IMG/VR virus record: IMGVR_UViG_3300045988_178038
Span: 1-64,000 of that record
Origin: a virus
Reading direction: 5' to 3' (one strand)
Length of the DNA stretch: 64,000 nucleotides
Shown: piece by piece, positions 24,098 to 31,711 of the stretch
Layout of the letters: each line of letters begins with the position of its first letter
Numbering within the stretch: position 1 is the first letter of the stretch
Made by a program: the position numbers and the translations under genes
The notes under the pieces: model-generated
Told to the model about the DNA's origin: nothing
The model's database searches: none
The model's input: only the letters and a program-made list of their open reading frames with translations

Positions 24098-24652
24098 ATG
24101 GCAATTCGTTATATTAGTGATCTTCATTTCGGTCATTCTAACGTTATTCGCTTTGATGGGCGTCCTTTTGAGTCAACAGAAGAAATGGACAAAGCGCTAG
24201 TAAAAAGATGGAACGAGGTTGTTGATAAAGATGACCAAGTTTATGTGCTAGGTGATATGTTTTGGAAGAAAGCAGACGAAGCTATTCCTATTCTCAAAGA
24301 ACTAAAAGGCAATAAGTTTCTGGTGCGCGGGAACCATGATAGAGTTGGAGACCGAAATTTTGACAAGTGCTTCGCGCGCATCACAGATTATACAGAAGTA
24401 AAAGATGAAGGGCGTCATGTAATTCTTTGCCACTACCCAATTTTTGCCTTCAAGAACCACTATTATGATGGTTGGTATCATCTTTATGGGCATGTTCATA
24501 ATACATGGGAGGAAAAAATTTGTGATGATGTTCGCGCGCGAATGAATGAGTGGGGAATTCGTTGTGAGATGAGAAATGCTGGCTGTATGATGCCATATAT
24601 GGACTATGCGCCGAGAACACTTGATGAAATTTTTGGAGCTGAGGAAACGTAA
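24098..24652 (+). CDS. calcineurin-like metallophosphoesterase
   Basis: ISDLHFGH, LGDMF, RGNHD, HYP, YGHVH are the canonical MPP motifs I-V. Confidence 0.8.
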   Translation: MAIRYISDLHFGHSNVIRFDGRPFESTEEMDKALVKRWNEVVDKDDQVYVLGDMFWKKADEAIPILKELKGNKFLVRGNHDRVGDRNFDKCFARITDYTEVKDEGRHVILCHYPIFAFKNHYYDGWYHLYGHVHNTWEEKICDDVRARMNEWGIRCEMRNAGCMMPYMDYAPRTLDEIFGAEET

Positions 24653-24679
24653 AGTGACCTCAGCTCCACTTCTATTTTA
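24635..24679 (+). terminator. intrinsic terminator overlapping the stop codon
   Basis: GGAGCTGAGG/CCTCAGCTCC stem (24635-24644/24658-24667), TAA in the loop, then ACTTCTATTTT. Confidence 0.7.
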
Positions 24680-24689
24680 TATGACAGAT

Positions 24690-24718
24690 TTGAAAAATAA
24701 CCGGAAATCTGGTATAAT
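24690..24718 (+). promoter_or_regulatory. class A promoter
   Basis: TTGAAA 24690-24695, 17 bp, TATAAT 24713-24718, then ATATATACAAGATGAGA. Confidence 0.6.
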
Positions 24719-24754
24719 ATATATACAAGATGAGAAAAGAAAGGAAGAAATAAT

Positions 24755-24970
24755 ATGACCAGAAAGCGTTACATCAAAAAAGCTCGTTATCTTCTTTGGC
24801 GTCTGAATCAGCTCCACTGTAATAAAAATAACAATCATCGTGACTTTTATTGGAGTGAGTGGCAGAAAAATATTCCGACGCCTTCTGAGCTGGGATGTTC
24901 TTATGATGAAGCATGGGCAAAAGTAGCAAAGGCTATTAGAACCATTGAGGGAATGGAGGACTTCGAATGA
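24755..24970 (+). CDS. hypothetical protein (71 aa)
   Basis: RBS GAAAGGAAG. Confidence 0.5.
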   Translation: MTRKRYIKKARYLLWRLNQLHCNKNNNHRDFYWSEWQKNIPTPSELGCSYDEAWAKVAKAIRTIEGMEDFE

Positions 24971-25251
24971 GACTTTGGATTGATGATATCCGTTCCGCGC
25001 CGACTGGCTTTGTTCGGATTAAAACAGCCAACGCGGCCAAAGCAGCGATTAGATGTTATGAGAGAGCGTTTTCTGGTGAGGATACAATCGTGATTAGTAT
25101 TGGTGATGATGTTGAAATTTTGAAGTGGCTTGAAGAGACGAAGTTCGTTGACACCGGTTATTTCTTCCATTTTCATTCGAGAAATACTATTGGAGCAAAG
25201 ATTATTGAAAAGAATGGTTGGCGAGAAATTCATAGTTTGGAGGTAATTTAG
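24967..25251 (+). CDS. hypothetical protein (94 aa)
   Basis: ATGA overlap; RBS GGAGGA. Confidence 0.55.
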   Translation: MRLWIDDIRSAPTGFVRIKTANAAKAAIRCYERAFSGEDTIVISIGDDVEILKWLEETKFVDTGYFFHFHSRNTIGAKIIEKNGWREIHSLEVI

Positions 25252-25252
25252 A

Positions 25253-25531
25253 ATGGCACGGTATCTTGTAATGAAGAGAGATAATGACATCGAGGTAGTA
25301 AAGGAAGAACAAAGCCAGATTGTTTCATTATCTTTTGGTGACTTTATTGAAGAGCTGGCATCTCCTCACTATGAGCGATATGGTGTTAGGTCTATTGACT
25401 ACTGGGATATTGATGAGGAAAGTGATGATGTTGAGGCCTTTGAAAGGCTTTGGAACTTTTGCGGTTATTCAATTGATGATTTCGTGGGACTTTTTAGTTC
25501 ATATGATTCGTATGATGGAGTTGATATCTAA
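25253..25531 (+). CDS. hypothetical acidic protein (92 aa)
   Basis: RBS TGGAGG. Confidence 0.55.
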   Translation: MARYLVMKRDNDIEVVKEEQSQIVSLSFGDFIEELASPHYERYGVRSIDYWDIDEESDDVEAFERLWNFCGYSIDDFVGLFSSYDSYDGVDI

Positions 25532-25833
25532 TGGGCAGAGTCTTGATTCTTCAAATTGATGACGAGTATTGTGTTTATCTTGAAAGTCGTTATTATAATA
25601 GGAAAAGATTTGATAGTCTGCGCGAGTTCTTTTCGGCTATGATGCTCGCGCACGTCGAAGAATTTGAAGCGCGCACTTTGGATTATATGTTTGTGAAAGA
25701 CGATAAGGAAAGAGCTATCTTTGAAAAAATTTTCGGTGATGAAATGATGTCGGCGCAAGAGTTGAACGAAGGTCTGAGTTTACTTTGGAATTCAAAAGAT
25801 GCCGACGAAGGTTTTGGTGATATTTTTGATTGA
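25531..25833 (+). CDS. hypothetical protein (100 aa)
   Basis: TAATG overlap; GGAG upstream. Confidence 0.55.
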   Translation: MGRVLILQIDDEYCVYLESRYYNRKRFDSLREFFSAMMLAHVEEFEARTLDYMFVKDDKERAIFEKIFGDEMMSAQELNEGLSLLWNSKDADEGFGDIFD

Positions 25834-25852
25834 AAAAAGGAGAGAAAGAAAA

Positions 25853-26062
25853 ATGAAGATTTATATGATTGGTGCGTACCAGTTTGATGGAAGTGATCCA
25901 TCTTATCGTTGTTTCTATGAAGAGTCTGACGCTAAGAGTTGCGCGCTCGAACTGATTGAGGAGAGCGAAGATAATGAGAAAGATGCGGGGGTAACGTGGG
26001 AAGATTTTCTTGACCGATGGGATTGTTGGGTTTGCTTTATGGAGGTATTGGAGGTAGAGTAA
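25853..26062 (+). CDS. hypothetical acidic protein (69 aa)
   Basis: ATG 25853 behind AAAAGGAGAG. Confidence 0.5.
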   Translation: MKIYMIGAYQFDGSDPSYRCFYEESDAKSCALELIEESEDNEKDAGVTWEDFLDRWDCWVCFMEVLEVE

Positions 26063-26063
26063 A

Positions 26064-26549
26064 ATGGAAAATTATTTTGTGCTGAATGGGCAGAAAATTG
26101 AACTGACGCCGGAACAGTATCAAAAGGTTTGTAACGCAGTTTCGCCGAAAGAAAAGTCTCTTTTCGGTAGAAAAGAAGGGAATGAAATTTATTACTATAT
26201 TGGCGATGATAGTTTTGTATATTCTAGTAAAGACCGAGGATGGGTTGCTGATACCTTACACTACGGAAATGCTAATTATTGCTCGGATAGGAAGTTGATG
26301 AAGAAGCGCTCGAATTATGAAGCTTTGGAACGAATTCTTTGGCGTTTTTCGGAAGATAACGGCGGCGCAGGCAGTTATACCATTTATATTAATACCGATA
26401 AAAATAGGTGGGATGTTTTGGATATCAGGATTTCTGCTGTTCTGTTTGGCCCAACTTTTTGTTCTCACCAAGTTGCAAATGAGGCAATTGAAGTGGCTAA
26501 GGAATGGCTTTCTAGTAATGGCTTGGCGCCGGAGGATGTGTTTTTTTGA
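26064..26549 (+). CDS. hypothetical protein (161 aa), intact paralog of 22500..23007
   Basis: RBS TGGAGG; shared motifs NYC(A/S)DR.L and L.R(L/I)LWRFS..NGG. Confidence 0.6.
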   Translation: MENYFVLNGQKIELTPEQYQKVCNAVSPKEKSLFGRKEGNEIYYYIGDDSFVYSSKDRGWVADTLHYGNANYCSDRKLMKKRSNYEALERILWRFSEDNGGAGSYTIYINTDKNRWDVLDIRISAVLFGPTFCSHQVANEAIEVAKEWLSSNGLAPEDVFF

Positions 26550-26554
26550 GATTG

Positions 26555-26592
26555 GCTGGCAAAACCTTTTGCTGGGTTTTGCCAGCTTTTCC
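26555..26592 (+). terminator. intrinsic terminator
   Basis: 12-bp stem GCTGGCAAAACC/GGTTTTGCCAGC (26555-26566/26575-26586) followed by TTTTCC. Confidence 0.75.
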
Positions 26593-26701
26593 TATTATTT
26601 AAAAAGTCAGTTGAACTAACTTTACTGCGCATTGCTAAAAAATTTACCCAAATTTTTGGAGTCCGCGCGAAAGTTAGCTACTTTATATATGAGGTGAAAA
26701 A

Positions 26702-26845
26702 ATGAAAGTCAAATATGATAATCCAGTAAGAACAAATGTTACAAAAGAAGTCAAGGAAGAGATTGATAGATATTGTGAGGAAAAAGGCGTTCGGCTTAGT
26801 GATTTCTTGCGAGATGCTATCGAGTTTTATCTAAAGAAGTCTTGA
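26702..26845 (+). CDS. ribbon-helix-helix (CopG/Arc-like) DNA-binding protein (47 aa); below the ORF-track cut-off
   Basis: RBS GAGGTG; pattern ...VRTNVTKEVKEEIDRYCEEKGVRLSDFLRDAIEFYLKK is a typical RHH strand-helix-helix. Confidence 0.6.
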   Translation: MKVKYDNPVRTNVTKEVKEEIDRYCEEKGVRLSDFLRDAIEFYLKKS

Positions 26846-26879
26846 ATAAAAGTGTGCAAAATTGCAAAGGAGACTTATA

Positions 26880-27071
26880 ATGTTTCAAAATCAGAATCGA
26901 AATCAGAATATTAAAAAAATATATAGCCGGAGACTAGCAATTGCTTTACGGCAAAAAGGGTTTAGAATCGTTGGAACGGAGATGAATCCCAAACGTCCAG
27001 AATTTGATGTATATCTTTTTATAGATACTCCGCAATTACGAGAAGCAATGACTGAGATTACCGGCAGATAA
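26880..27071 (+). CDS. hypothetical small protein (63 aa)
   Basis: ATG 26880 behind AAAGGAG. Confidence 0.5.
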   Translation: MFQNQNRNQNIKKIYSRRLAIALRQKGFRIVGTEMNPKRPEFDVYLFIDTPQLREAMTEITGR

Positions 27072-27090
27072 AAAGTGAGGTAATCAAAGG

Positions 27091-27738
27091 ATGAGTAGTC
27101 CAAATCAAAGAATAGTTCAAATAGAGAAGCCGAAGTATGAGAAAAATTTTCTCCAAATTGGAGAGGACGAATGGACTGAAGCTTTTACGAGACTAAAACC
27201 TTCGGCTTTTGGCATCTATCTTTACTTAGCGAATAATGCTAATGGGTACAAGCTTGAATTGAGTCAGAAAGCTGTTGAAAATAAATTGGGAATAAAGAAA
27301 TCAACTTATCATGAAGCCATTGCGCAATTAGAAAAAGTAGGGTATCTTTACTCAATAAAAGGAAATCTATGGGGTTTTCGTACAAAGTCCGGAAATCCGG
27401 ACAAACCCAATCAAATAGTAAATGATGAAGTCCGGAAATCCGGACAAGTTTGTCCAGAAATCCAGACTATAAAGTCCAGAAATCCGGACTTAGAAGTCCG
27501 GAAATCCAATATACAAATAGATAATAAATATATAGATAATATAGATATTAGAACAAAAAAGGGGATACGGCTTCGCGCGGAAGAGGATACGCCCGCGGAT
27601 AGATTGAAAGCTATGGCCTCGCGCTATCCGCAGCTCGAAGAAAGAATTTTTCAAAAGATGGATGAGGATGGAATGTCTGTTGAAGAAACTGTAAAATGGG
27701 TGGCGGAAACATACAATTTTATTTTTAGCAGAAAATAA
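27091..27738 (+). CDS. putative replication initiator / replisome organizer with internal origin iterons
   Basis: N-terminal wHTH-like segment (LSQKAVENKLGIKKSTYHEAIAQLEKVGYL); five iterons inside the coding sequence, as in lambda O or SPP1 G38P-type initiators. Confidence 0.55.
   Translation: MSSPNQRIVQIEKPKYEKNFLQIGEDEWTEAFTRLKPSAFGIYLYLANNANGYKLELSQKAVENKLGIKKSTYHEAIAQLEKVGYLYSIKGNLWGFRTKSGNPDKPNQIVNDEVRKSGQVCPEIQTIKSRNPDLEVRKSNIQIDNKYIDNIDIRTKKGIRLRAEEDTPADRLKAMASRYPQLEERIFQKMDEDGMSVEETVKWVAETYNFIFSRK
27386..27510 (+). repeat. five iterons, consensus AGTCCGGAAATCCGGAC (candidate origin)
   Basis: Copies at 27386-27402, 27429-27445, 27451-27467, 27473-27489, 27495-27510; each is itself an inverted repeat GTCCGG-AAAT-CCGGAC; AT-rich ATAAATATATAGATAATATAGATATT follows. 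Confidence 0.75.
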
Positions 27739-27740
27739 AA

Positions 27741-27779
27741 AGAAAAGCCAGAGAGTTTATGCTCTCTGGCTTCTTTTAT
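27741..27779. terminator. bidirectional terminator between convergent genes
   Basis: GCCAGAGAG/CTCTCTGGC stem (27747-27755/27762-27770) flanked by an A-run and a T-run. Confidence 0.75.
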
Positions 27780-28147
27780 TCTGCTTCGCAAAATTCTTTT
27801 TGTTCAATCGCCATTGCCAGCCAATCTCTAAATTGGGCATAGCTCATGGCGCGCGCGACCTCGTTTTCTATTATGACCAATCCTAGCTGATGGTCGCGCG
27901 CGAATTCCTCTTTCAATACGTAGTTCTTCTTTGTGTACTCTTTTGCGTTTTCGTAATGGATATCAATTAGGAGAAGTAGCTGATAGGGTACATAGCTTGT
28001 GTCCAGAATTCCAAAGGAATAACCAGTCGGCGCCCCGTGAGCTGAGCGCAACTCCTTGAAGGTGTAGAACATTACATAATGAAAGCCCCATTCATCTAGG
28101 GCTTTTGCCACTAGGTTTTCGGTATATGTTTTGTGGTAACGAAGCAT
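27776..28147 (-). CDS. hypothetical protein (123 aa)
   Basis: Track ORF 27776..28207 shortened to the ATG at 28147 behind AAAGGAGG. Confidence 0.5.
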   Translation of the reverse strand: MLRYHKTYTENLVAKALDEWGFHYVMFYTFKELRSAHGAPTGYSFGILDTSYVPYQLLLLIDIHYENAKEYTKKNYVLKEEFARDHQLGLVIIENEVARAMSYAQFRDWLAMAIEQKEFCEAE

Positions 28148-28261
28148 GCGCGCCTCCTTTAGTAAGTTTTCTTCTGTTAGAAAGAGGGAGAAAATTTGAG
28201 GACTCAAAATTTTTGAGAGGAATACAAGAAAAACCTCTTATAACTGGAAATAAAAAAATCT

Positions 28262-28960
28262 GTTAGAGAAAAACGAATAAGAATATTTTGTAAGAAATAG
28301 GGCGTATAAGATAGTGGTATAGAAGTAAGGGGAGCATAGAAGAGGGAGGAAAATAAAATAGGAAATGGAAAAAGAATAAAAGAAAAAAGTAGAAGAAAAA
28401 TAAATAAGAGGGGAAAATAGAAAAAGAAAGAATGGAAATAAAAAAGAAAAAAGAGAAAAGAAAATATAGAAAAAGGAAAAATAATAGAGAGGAAGATAAG
28501 AAAAAGTAGAAGAAGAATTATATGGAAGAATGTAAATAATAGAATTAGAGAAAAAATATATAAGAGGAAGTAATAAAAGGGAAAATAAAAGAAGAAAAAG
28601 ATAGGGGATAAAGGGAAAAGGAAAAAATTAGAAGAAGAGTATAAATAGAAGGACGTAAAAGAAGAAAGACAAAAGAAGGGGACAAAAAAGAGAGGGGAAA
28701 AAGAAAAAAGAAAAACGAAGAGAATAGAGAAGAAAGAAAAGAAAAGGTATAATCAATAGAACTGATAAGAAGGGGAAAGTAAAATTGGAGAATAGAGGGA
28801 AGGAAGAGAAAAAATCGTAGAAAAAAAAGTAAACGAAAAAAATTTCAAAAAAAAAGGGAGAACAGAAAAAAATTCTAGAAAAAGGGCGTAGATAAGGAGA
28901 AATAGAGGGAAGGAAGAGAAAAGAGGGAGAAAGGAAAGGGATAAAAAGGAGAAAAAATAA
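28262..28960 (+). repeat. cytosine-depleted polypurine tract (about 0.7 kb) with degenerate internal repeats
   Basis: No C at all between 28336 and 28653 (318 nt); very few C or T elsewhere; 22-bp perfect direct repeat AATAGAGGGAAGGAAGAGAAAA at 28791 and 28901; AAAAAGTAGAAGAA-like units about 115-120 bp apart; no ORF of 60 aa or more on either strand. Confidence 0.9.
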
Positions 28961-28969
28961 GTACTAGAA

Positions 28970-29002
28970 GCTTAGAAGCAATGGCTTAGAAGCAACGGCT
29001 TA
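28970..29002 (+). repeat. 14-bp tandem repeat x2.4 (GCTTAGAAGCAAYG)
   Basis: GCTTAGAAGCAATG GCTTAGAAGCAACG GCTTA. Confidence 0.8.
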
Positions 29003-29143
29003 TATATAGAAGGGATGGCACAGTTCCCCACGTGGGAGGGGTAGAGTGTGTGTCCGGACGATGGCGATCAATGGTTGTGGCCATTGGCGGATTGAGATAG
29101 GTAGAGGTGTGCGGAAATAGATTTCTCGCGCAAATTTATTTCT

Positions 29144-29205
29144 TGTCAAAAATTCAAATTATTTCAAAATTATCTTCTGTCAAAGATTCAACCCATTTCA
29201 AATTT
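29144..29205 (+). repeat. 28-bp imperfect direct repeat pair
   Basis: TGTCAAAAATTCAAATTATTTCAAAATT (29144-29171) and TGTCAAAGATTCAACCCATTTCAAATTT (29178-29205). Confidence 0.7.
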
Positions 29206-29315
29206 TTGTTATTGCTTATATGATATCGCGCAGCAAAATTTGACATCGCGTTACATGACATCATAGAATAAGGAATAAGCCCCAGCTAATAAGCCAGGGC
29301 TTAGGGGTAGAAAGC

Positions 29316-29684
29316 TTAGGAAAGCTTATAACCCTTCTGAGTTCCCTTCTTCTCCGGAATCTTCATGTCAACCTTCTCAAGCGTTCCTGCCTCGACGAAG
29401 GGCTTCAGAAGAGAGGGAATAGACTGTGGCTTGACCGTGTCAGCAAGACCAGCTGCCTCGATAAGCATAGTAGCGGTCTGCGGCTCATTCGTCATAACAT
29501 CCATAATGGCGTTACGAATAGGCTCCTTCTCTGCGTCCTTTGTGGCACGCTTTTCAGCCGCCTTGGCGCGGTTCTTCTCATTTGCGGCATTCATTACTTC
29601 CAGCTCGTGTGCGGCGAATTCAACCAGTTCAGCGGGCATGTCTTCAGCGGTAGCGATAGTGTTCAGAAATTCTCTCTTAGTCAT
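29316..29684 (-). CDS. hypothetical protein (122 aa), paralog of 33120..33512
   Basis: RBS GAAAGAAGGA; shared architecture MT(K/T)REF.N.I...E....E......L..M...N......K...K..E.....I...... and C-terminal KGY.L; GC-richer than neighbours. Confidence 0.6.
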   Translation of the reverse strand: MTKREFLNTIATAEDMPAELVEFAAHELEVMNAANEKNRAKAAEKRATKDAEKEPIRNAIMDVMTNEPQTATMLIEAAGLADTVKPQSIPSLLKPFVEAGTLEKVDMKIPEKKGTQKGYKLS

Positions 29685-29830
29685 ACTAGTATCCTTCTTT
29701 CAATTTTCTAATAGATGGGTTTATATCCCCGATTTTAGAAATAGAAGAAGATAATCGAACGTAAGTCGCAGCTTATGCGCGGTTCCACTATGTGGAGGTT
29801 TCGTTTCTTCTTCCCTCAGTTTCTATATAT

Positions 29831-29859
29831 ATTATACTATATTTTCGTTGATTTTTCAA
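29831..29859 (-). promoter_or_regulatory. promoter (minus strand) TTGAAA-17-TATAAT
   Basis: Read on the minus strand: TTGAAA (29859-29854), 17 bp, TATAAT (29836-29831); leader of about 140 nt to ATG 29684. Confidence 0.5.
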
Positions 29860-29869
29860 AATTGCGCCG

Positions 29870-29884
29870 GTCACGTTACGTGAC
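29870..29884. promoter_or_regulatory. 15-bp perfect palindrome GTCACGTTACGTGAC
   Basis: Sits 10 bp upstream of the -35 of the 29831-29859 promoter; a related GTCACGT half-site lies at 29899-29905. Confidence 0.5.
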
Positions 29885-30012
29885 ATTTTGTGCGTGCTGT
29901 CACGTAAAATGACGTCTTTCTTTGTCAAATTTTCCAGCTTAACAGTTGCAAAAAATGCGTTTTATTTTTTAAGAGGAAATTTCCATTGATACCTCTATAA
30001 ATTTCAATATCC

Positions 30013-30105
30013 CAGCTTATCGTCTGAAATATTGAAGACCCAGCTTATATGAAATTTGACACAAACGCAGCTTATTAGCAAGGCGGCCGCGCAGACGCAG
30101 CTTAT
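30013..30105 (+). repeat. four phased copies of CAGCTTAT (27-30 bp spacing)
   Basis: Copies at 30013, 30041, 30068, 30098; a fifth at 29769; lies in a 0.5 kb ORF-free region. Confidence 0.7.
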
Positions 30106-30272
30106 TTCAAAATTTGACTTTTCATTCAAATTCGATAATAGTTATTATATGAAGCGATAGAGGCCGCGCGATGTCATATAATATAGAAAAACTCATGTAA
30201 TATCGCGCGGCAAATATAATGTAATGTGGAATTGGGTATCATGTAAAGTTGAAAATTTGACAAAAATTTGAA

Positions 30273-30291
30273 TTAGACGTGAAACGTCTAA
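30273..30291. promoter_or_regulatory. dyad element TTAGACG-N5-CGTCTAA
   Basis: N5 = TGAAA; leftmost copy, next to the terminator at 30292. Confidence 0.6.
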
Positions 30292-30317
30292 TAAAAAAAG
30301 AGTGATTAAATCACTCT
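30292..30317 (-). terminator. intrinsic terminator (minus strand)
   Basis: AGAGTGAT/ATCACTCT stem (30299-30306/30310-30317), U-run encoded by the A-run 30292-30298. Confidence 0.65.
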
Positions 30318-30323
30318 TTATCA

Positions 30324-30422
30324 TTATCCGAATCGGATAAAATTAGAATCTCCGCTTGCTTTCCAAGGGTGGTTGATACCCATGCGTTTGCACCAAAAAT
30401 AACACTTAATTCTTCTAATCAT
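30324..30422 (-). CDS. hypothetical micro-ORF (32 aa) in the smallest cassette (could instead be an sRNA)
   Basis: GGAG 7 nt before ATG 30422; MIRRIKCYFWCKRMGINHPW...; own promoter and terminator. Confidence 0.3.
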   Translation of the reverse strand: MIRRIKCYFWCKRMGINHPWKASGDSNFIRFG

Positions 30423-30482
30423 TTTTAATCTCCGTTTCATCAGTATATTCTTCTGGCGTGCGGTCTTTCATTTGGTATTTGT

Positions 30483-30511
30483 ATTATATCATAGTTTTTT
30501 CTTTTTGTCAA
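30483..30511 (-). promoter_or_regulatory. promoter (minus strand) TTGACA-17-TATAAT
   Basis: TGTCAA at 30506-30511 and ATTATA at 30483-30488 on the plus strand; TGn extended -10. Confidence 0.65.
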
Positions 30512-30520
30512 CTCTTTTTA

Positions 30521-30539
30521 TTAGACGAAGAACGTCTAA
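30521..30539. promoter_or_regulatory. dyad element TTAGACG-N5-CGTCTAA
   Basis: N5 = AAGAA; 9 bp upstream of the -35. Confidence 0.6.
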
Positions 30540-30540
30540 A

Positions 30541-30573
30541 AAGAAAATAAAAAGAGGACGCTTACACGTCCTC
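30541..30573 (-). terminator. intrinsic terminator (minus strand)
   Basis: GAGGACG/CGTCCTC stem (30554-30560/30567-30573), U-run from the A-rich 30541-30553. Confidence 0.7.
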
Positions 30574-30592
30574 TACTAAAAGGTATTTGTTT

Positions 30593-30808
30593 TCAAAGAG
30601 GTGATTTTTCATCTTCTTCCCCGAATATGTCTCTTAGGATAGGAAGATAGTAGTATCTGATAAAAGATTGAACGGAAAAGAGATGATCAGAAAGCTCTTG
30701 AATTTCTGTTGCCTCATCTTCTTCTAGGTTTTCTTTTGCTCGGATGGAATCTGCTGAAAGCTCTTCGATTTCATCTACCATATTTCTAAGTTTTTGAGTA
30801 AGATTCAT
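30593..30808 (-). CDS. hypothetical acidic protein (71 aa)
   Basis: RBS GAAAGGAAG; own promoter and terminator. Confidence 0.6.
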   Translation of the reverse strand: MNLTQKLRNMVDEIEELSADSIRAKENLEEDEATEIQELSDHLFSVQSFIRYYYLPILRDIFGEEDEKSPL

Positions 30809-30857
30809 TTCTATTACTTCCTTTCACTTTGGTTGTTTCTTTCAACTTTGTAACTAG

Positions 30858-30886
30858 ATTATACCATAAAAATTTTGATTTGTCAA
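30858..30886 (-). promoter_or_regulatory. promoter (minus strand) TTGACA-17-TGgTATAAT
   Basis: TGTCAA 30881-30886, ATTATA 30858-30863; conserved leader CTAGTTACAAAGTTGA. Confidence 0.7.
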
Positions 30887-30895
30887 GAACTTTTT

Positions 30896-30914
30896 TTAGA
30901 CGGTTTACGTCTAA
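30896..30914. promoter_or_regulatory. dyad element TTAGACG-N5-CGTCTAA
   Basis: N5 = GTTTA; 9 bp upstream of the -35. Confidence 0.6.
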
Positions 30915-30922
30915 AAATGCGT

Positions 30923-30949
30923 AAAAGAAAAGGACACATAATGTGTCCT
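30923..30949 (-). terminator. intrinsic terminator (minus strand)
   Basis: AGGACACAT/ATGTGTCCT stem (30931-30939/30941-30949), U-run from 30923-30930. Confidence 0.7.
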
Positions 30950-30964
30950 TTTTCTCTTTACATA

Positions 30965-31711
30965 TCACCGAACGACGAATTTGTTCTTTGTCTTGTAATA
31001 TGTCGCGCGCGCTCCTTCGACAATAATTTTTTCACCCGGCAAGTCAATGGTGAGCTCGCGTGTCACTTTACGTTCAATAGAACGCTTTGCCTGATAGTCT
31101 CCGTTCAAATCGGCGCCACGGTCGAGACAAGCAAATAAAATTTCGGCTTCGATTTCGCTATCAGAAAGCGCGGTATGATCTTCAGTAAATGACGCATCAG
31201 AACGGATGTAACGCGTCAATGCTTCGGCAGTTGTGGAATAATGCCCGCTTTCAGTGAAAGCATTATTTTCTTCACACCATGCGCGGAATGTATTATCAAT
31301 CATGAAATGATGGACAAAACCGCGGATATCAGAAATAGGAACGGTTTCAAAAGGATTTATGACTTTGAACCAATCGCAGTTGAAATTGAAAACTTTTTCA
31401 TCGAAAGCGGAATTGTAAGCAAACGCGCGTTCAACTTCATAGTTGCGGAAATCACGGAGCATTTGCTGTGTCACATAACCGAACTTTTCCATCCGGATGG
31501 TTCGCGCTCTCAAAGCACCGACATAAATAGAACGCTTGTTTGCATAGTATGCAGTATTGAAAAGCGGGAGATTGTGCCAGATTTGCTCAATGACAAATTC
31601 ACGCTTTACAAGACAGGCACGAGATTCCGTATCAAGAATTAGATAGCCGACATTATAACAATACGGCTTTTCAAGGCTTGTCGTTTCCGTGTCGAATACA
31701 CAAATTTTCAT
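30965..31711 (-). CDS. DEDDh-type 3-prime to 5-prime exonuclease (DnaQ / RNase T-like)
   Basis: Exo I VFDTETTS, Exo II AYNSAFDEKVF, Exo III HTALSDSEIE. Confidence 0.75.
   Translation of the reverse strand: MKICVFDTETTSLEKPYCYNVGYLILDTESRACLVKREFVIEQIWHNLPLFNTAYYANKRSIYVGALRARTIRMEKFGYVTQQMLRDFRNYEVERAFAYNSAFDEKVFNFNCDWFKVINPFETVPISDIRGFVHHFMIDNTFRAWCEENNAFTESGHYSTTAEALTRYIRSDASFTEDHTALSDSEIEAEILFACLDRGADLNGDYQAKRSIERKVTRELTIDLPGEKIIVEGARATYYKTKNKFVVR

Noticed and set aside
28208-29315. A protein-coding gene in the polypurine region
   Set aside because: There is no ORF of 60 aa or more on either strand. The plus-strand frames are saturated with TAA/TAG/TGA, and the composition is incompatible with normal coding sequence.
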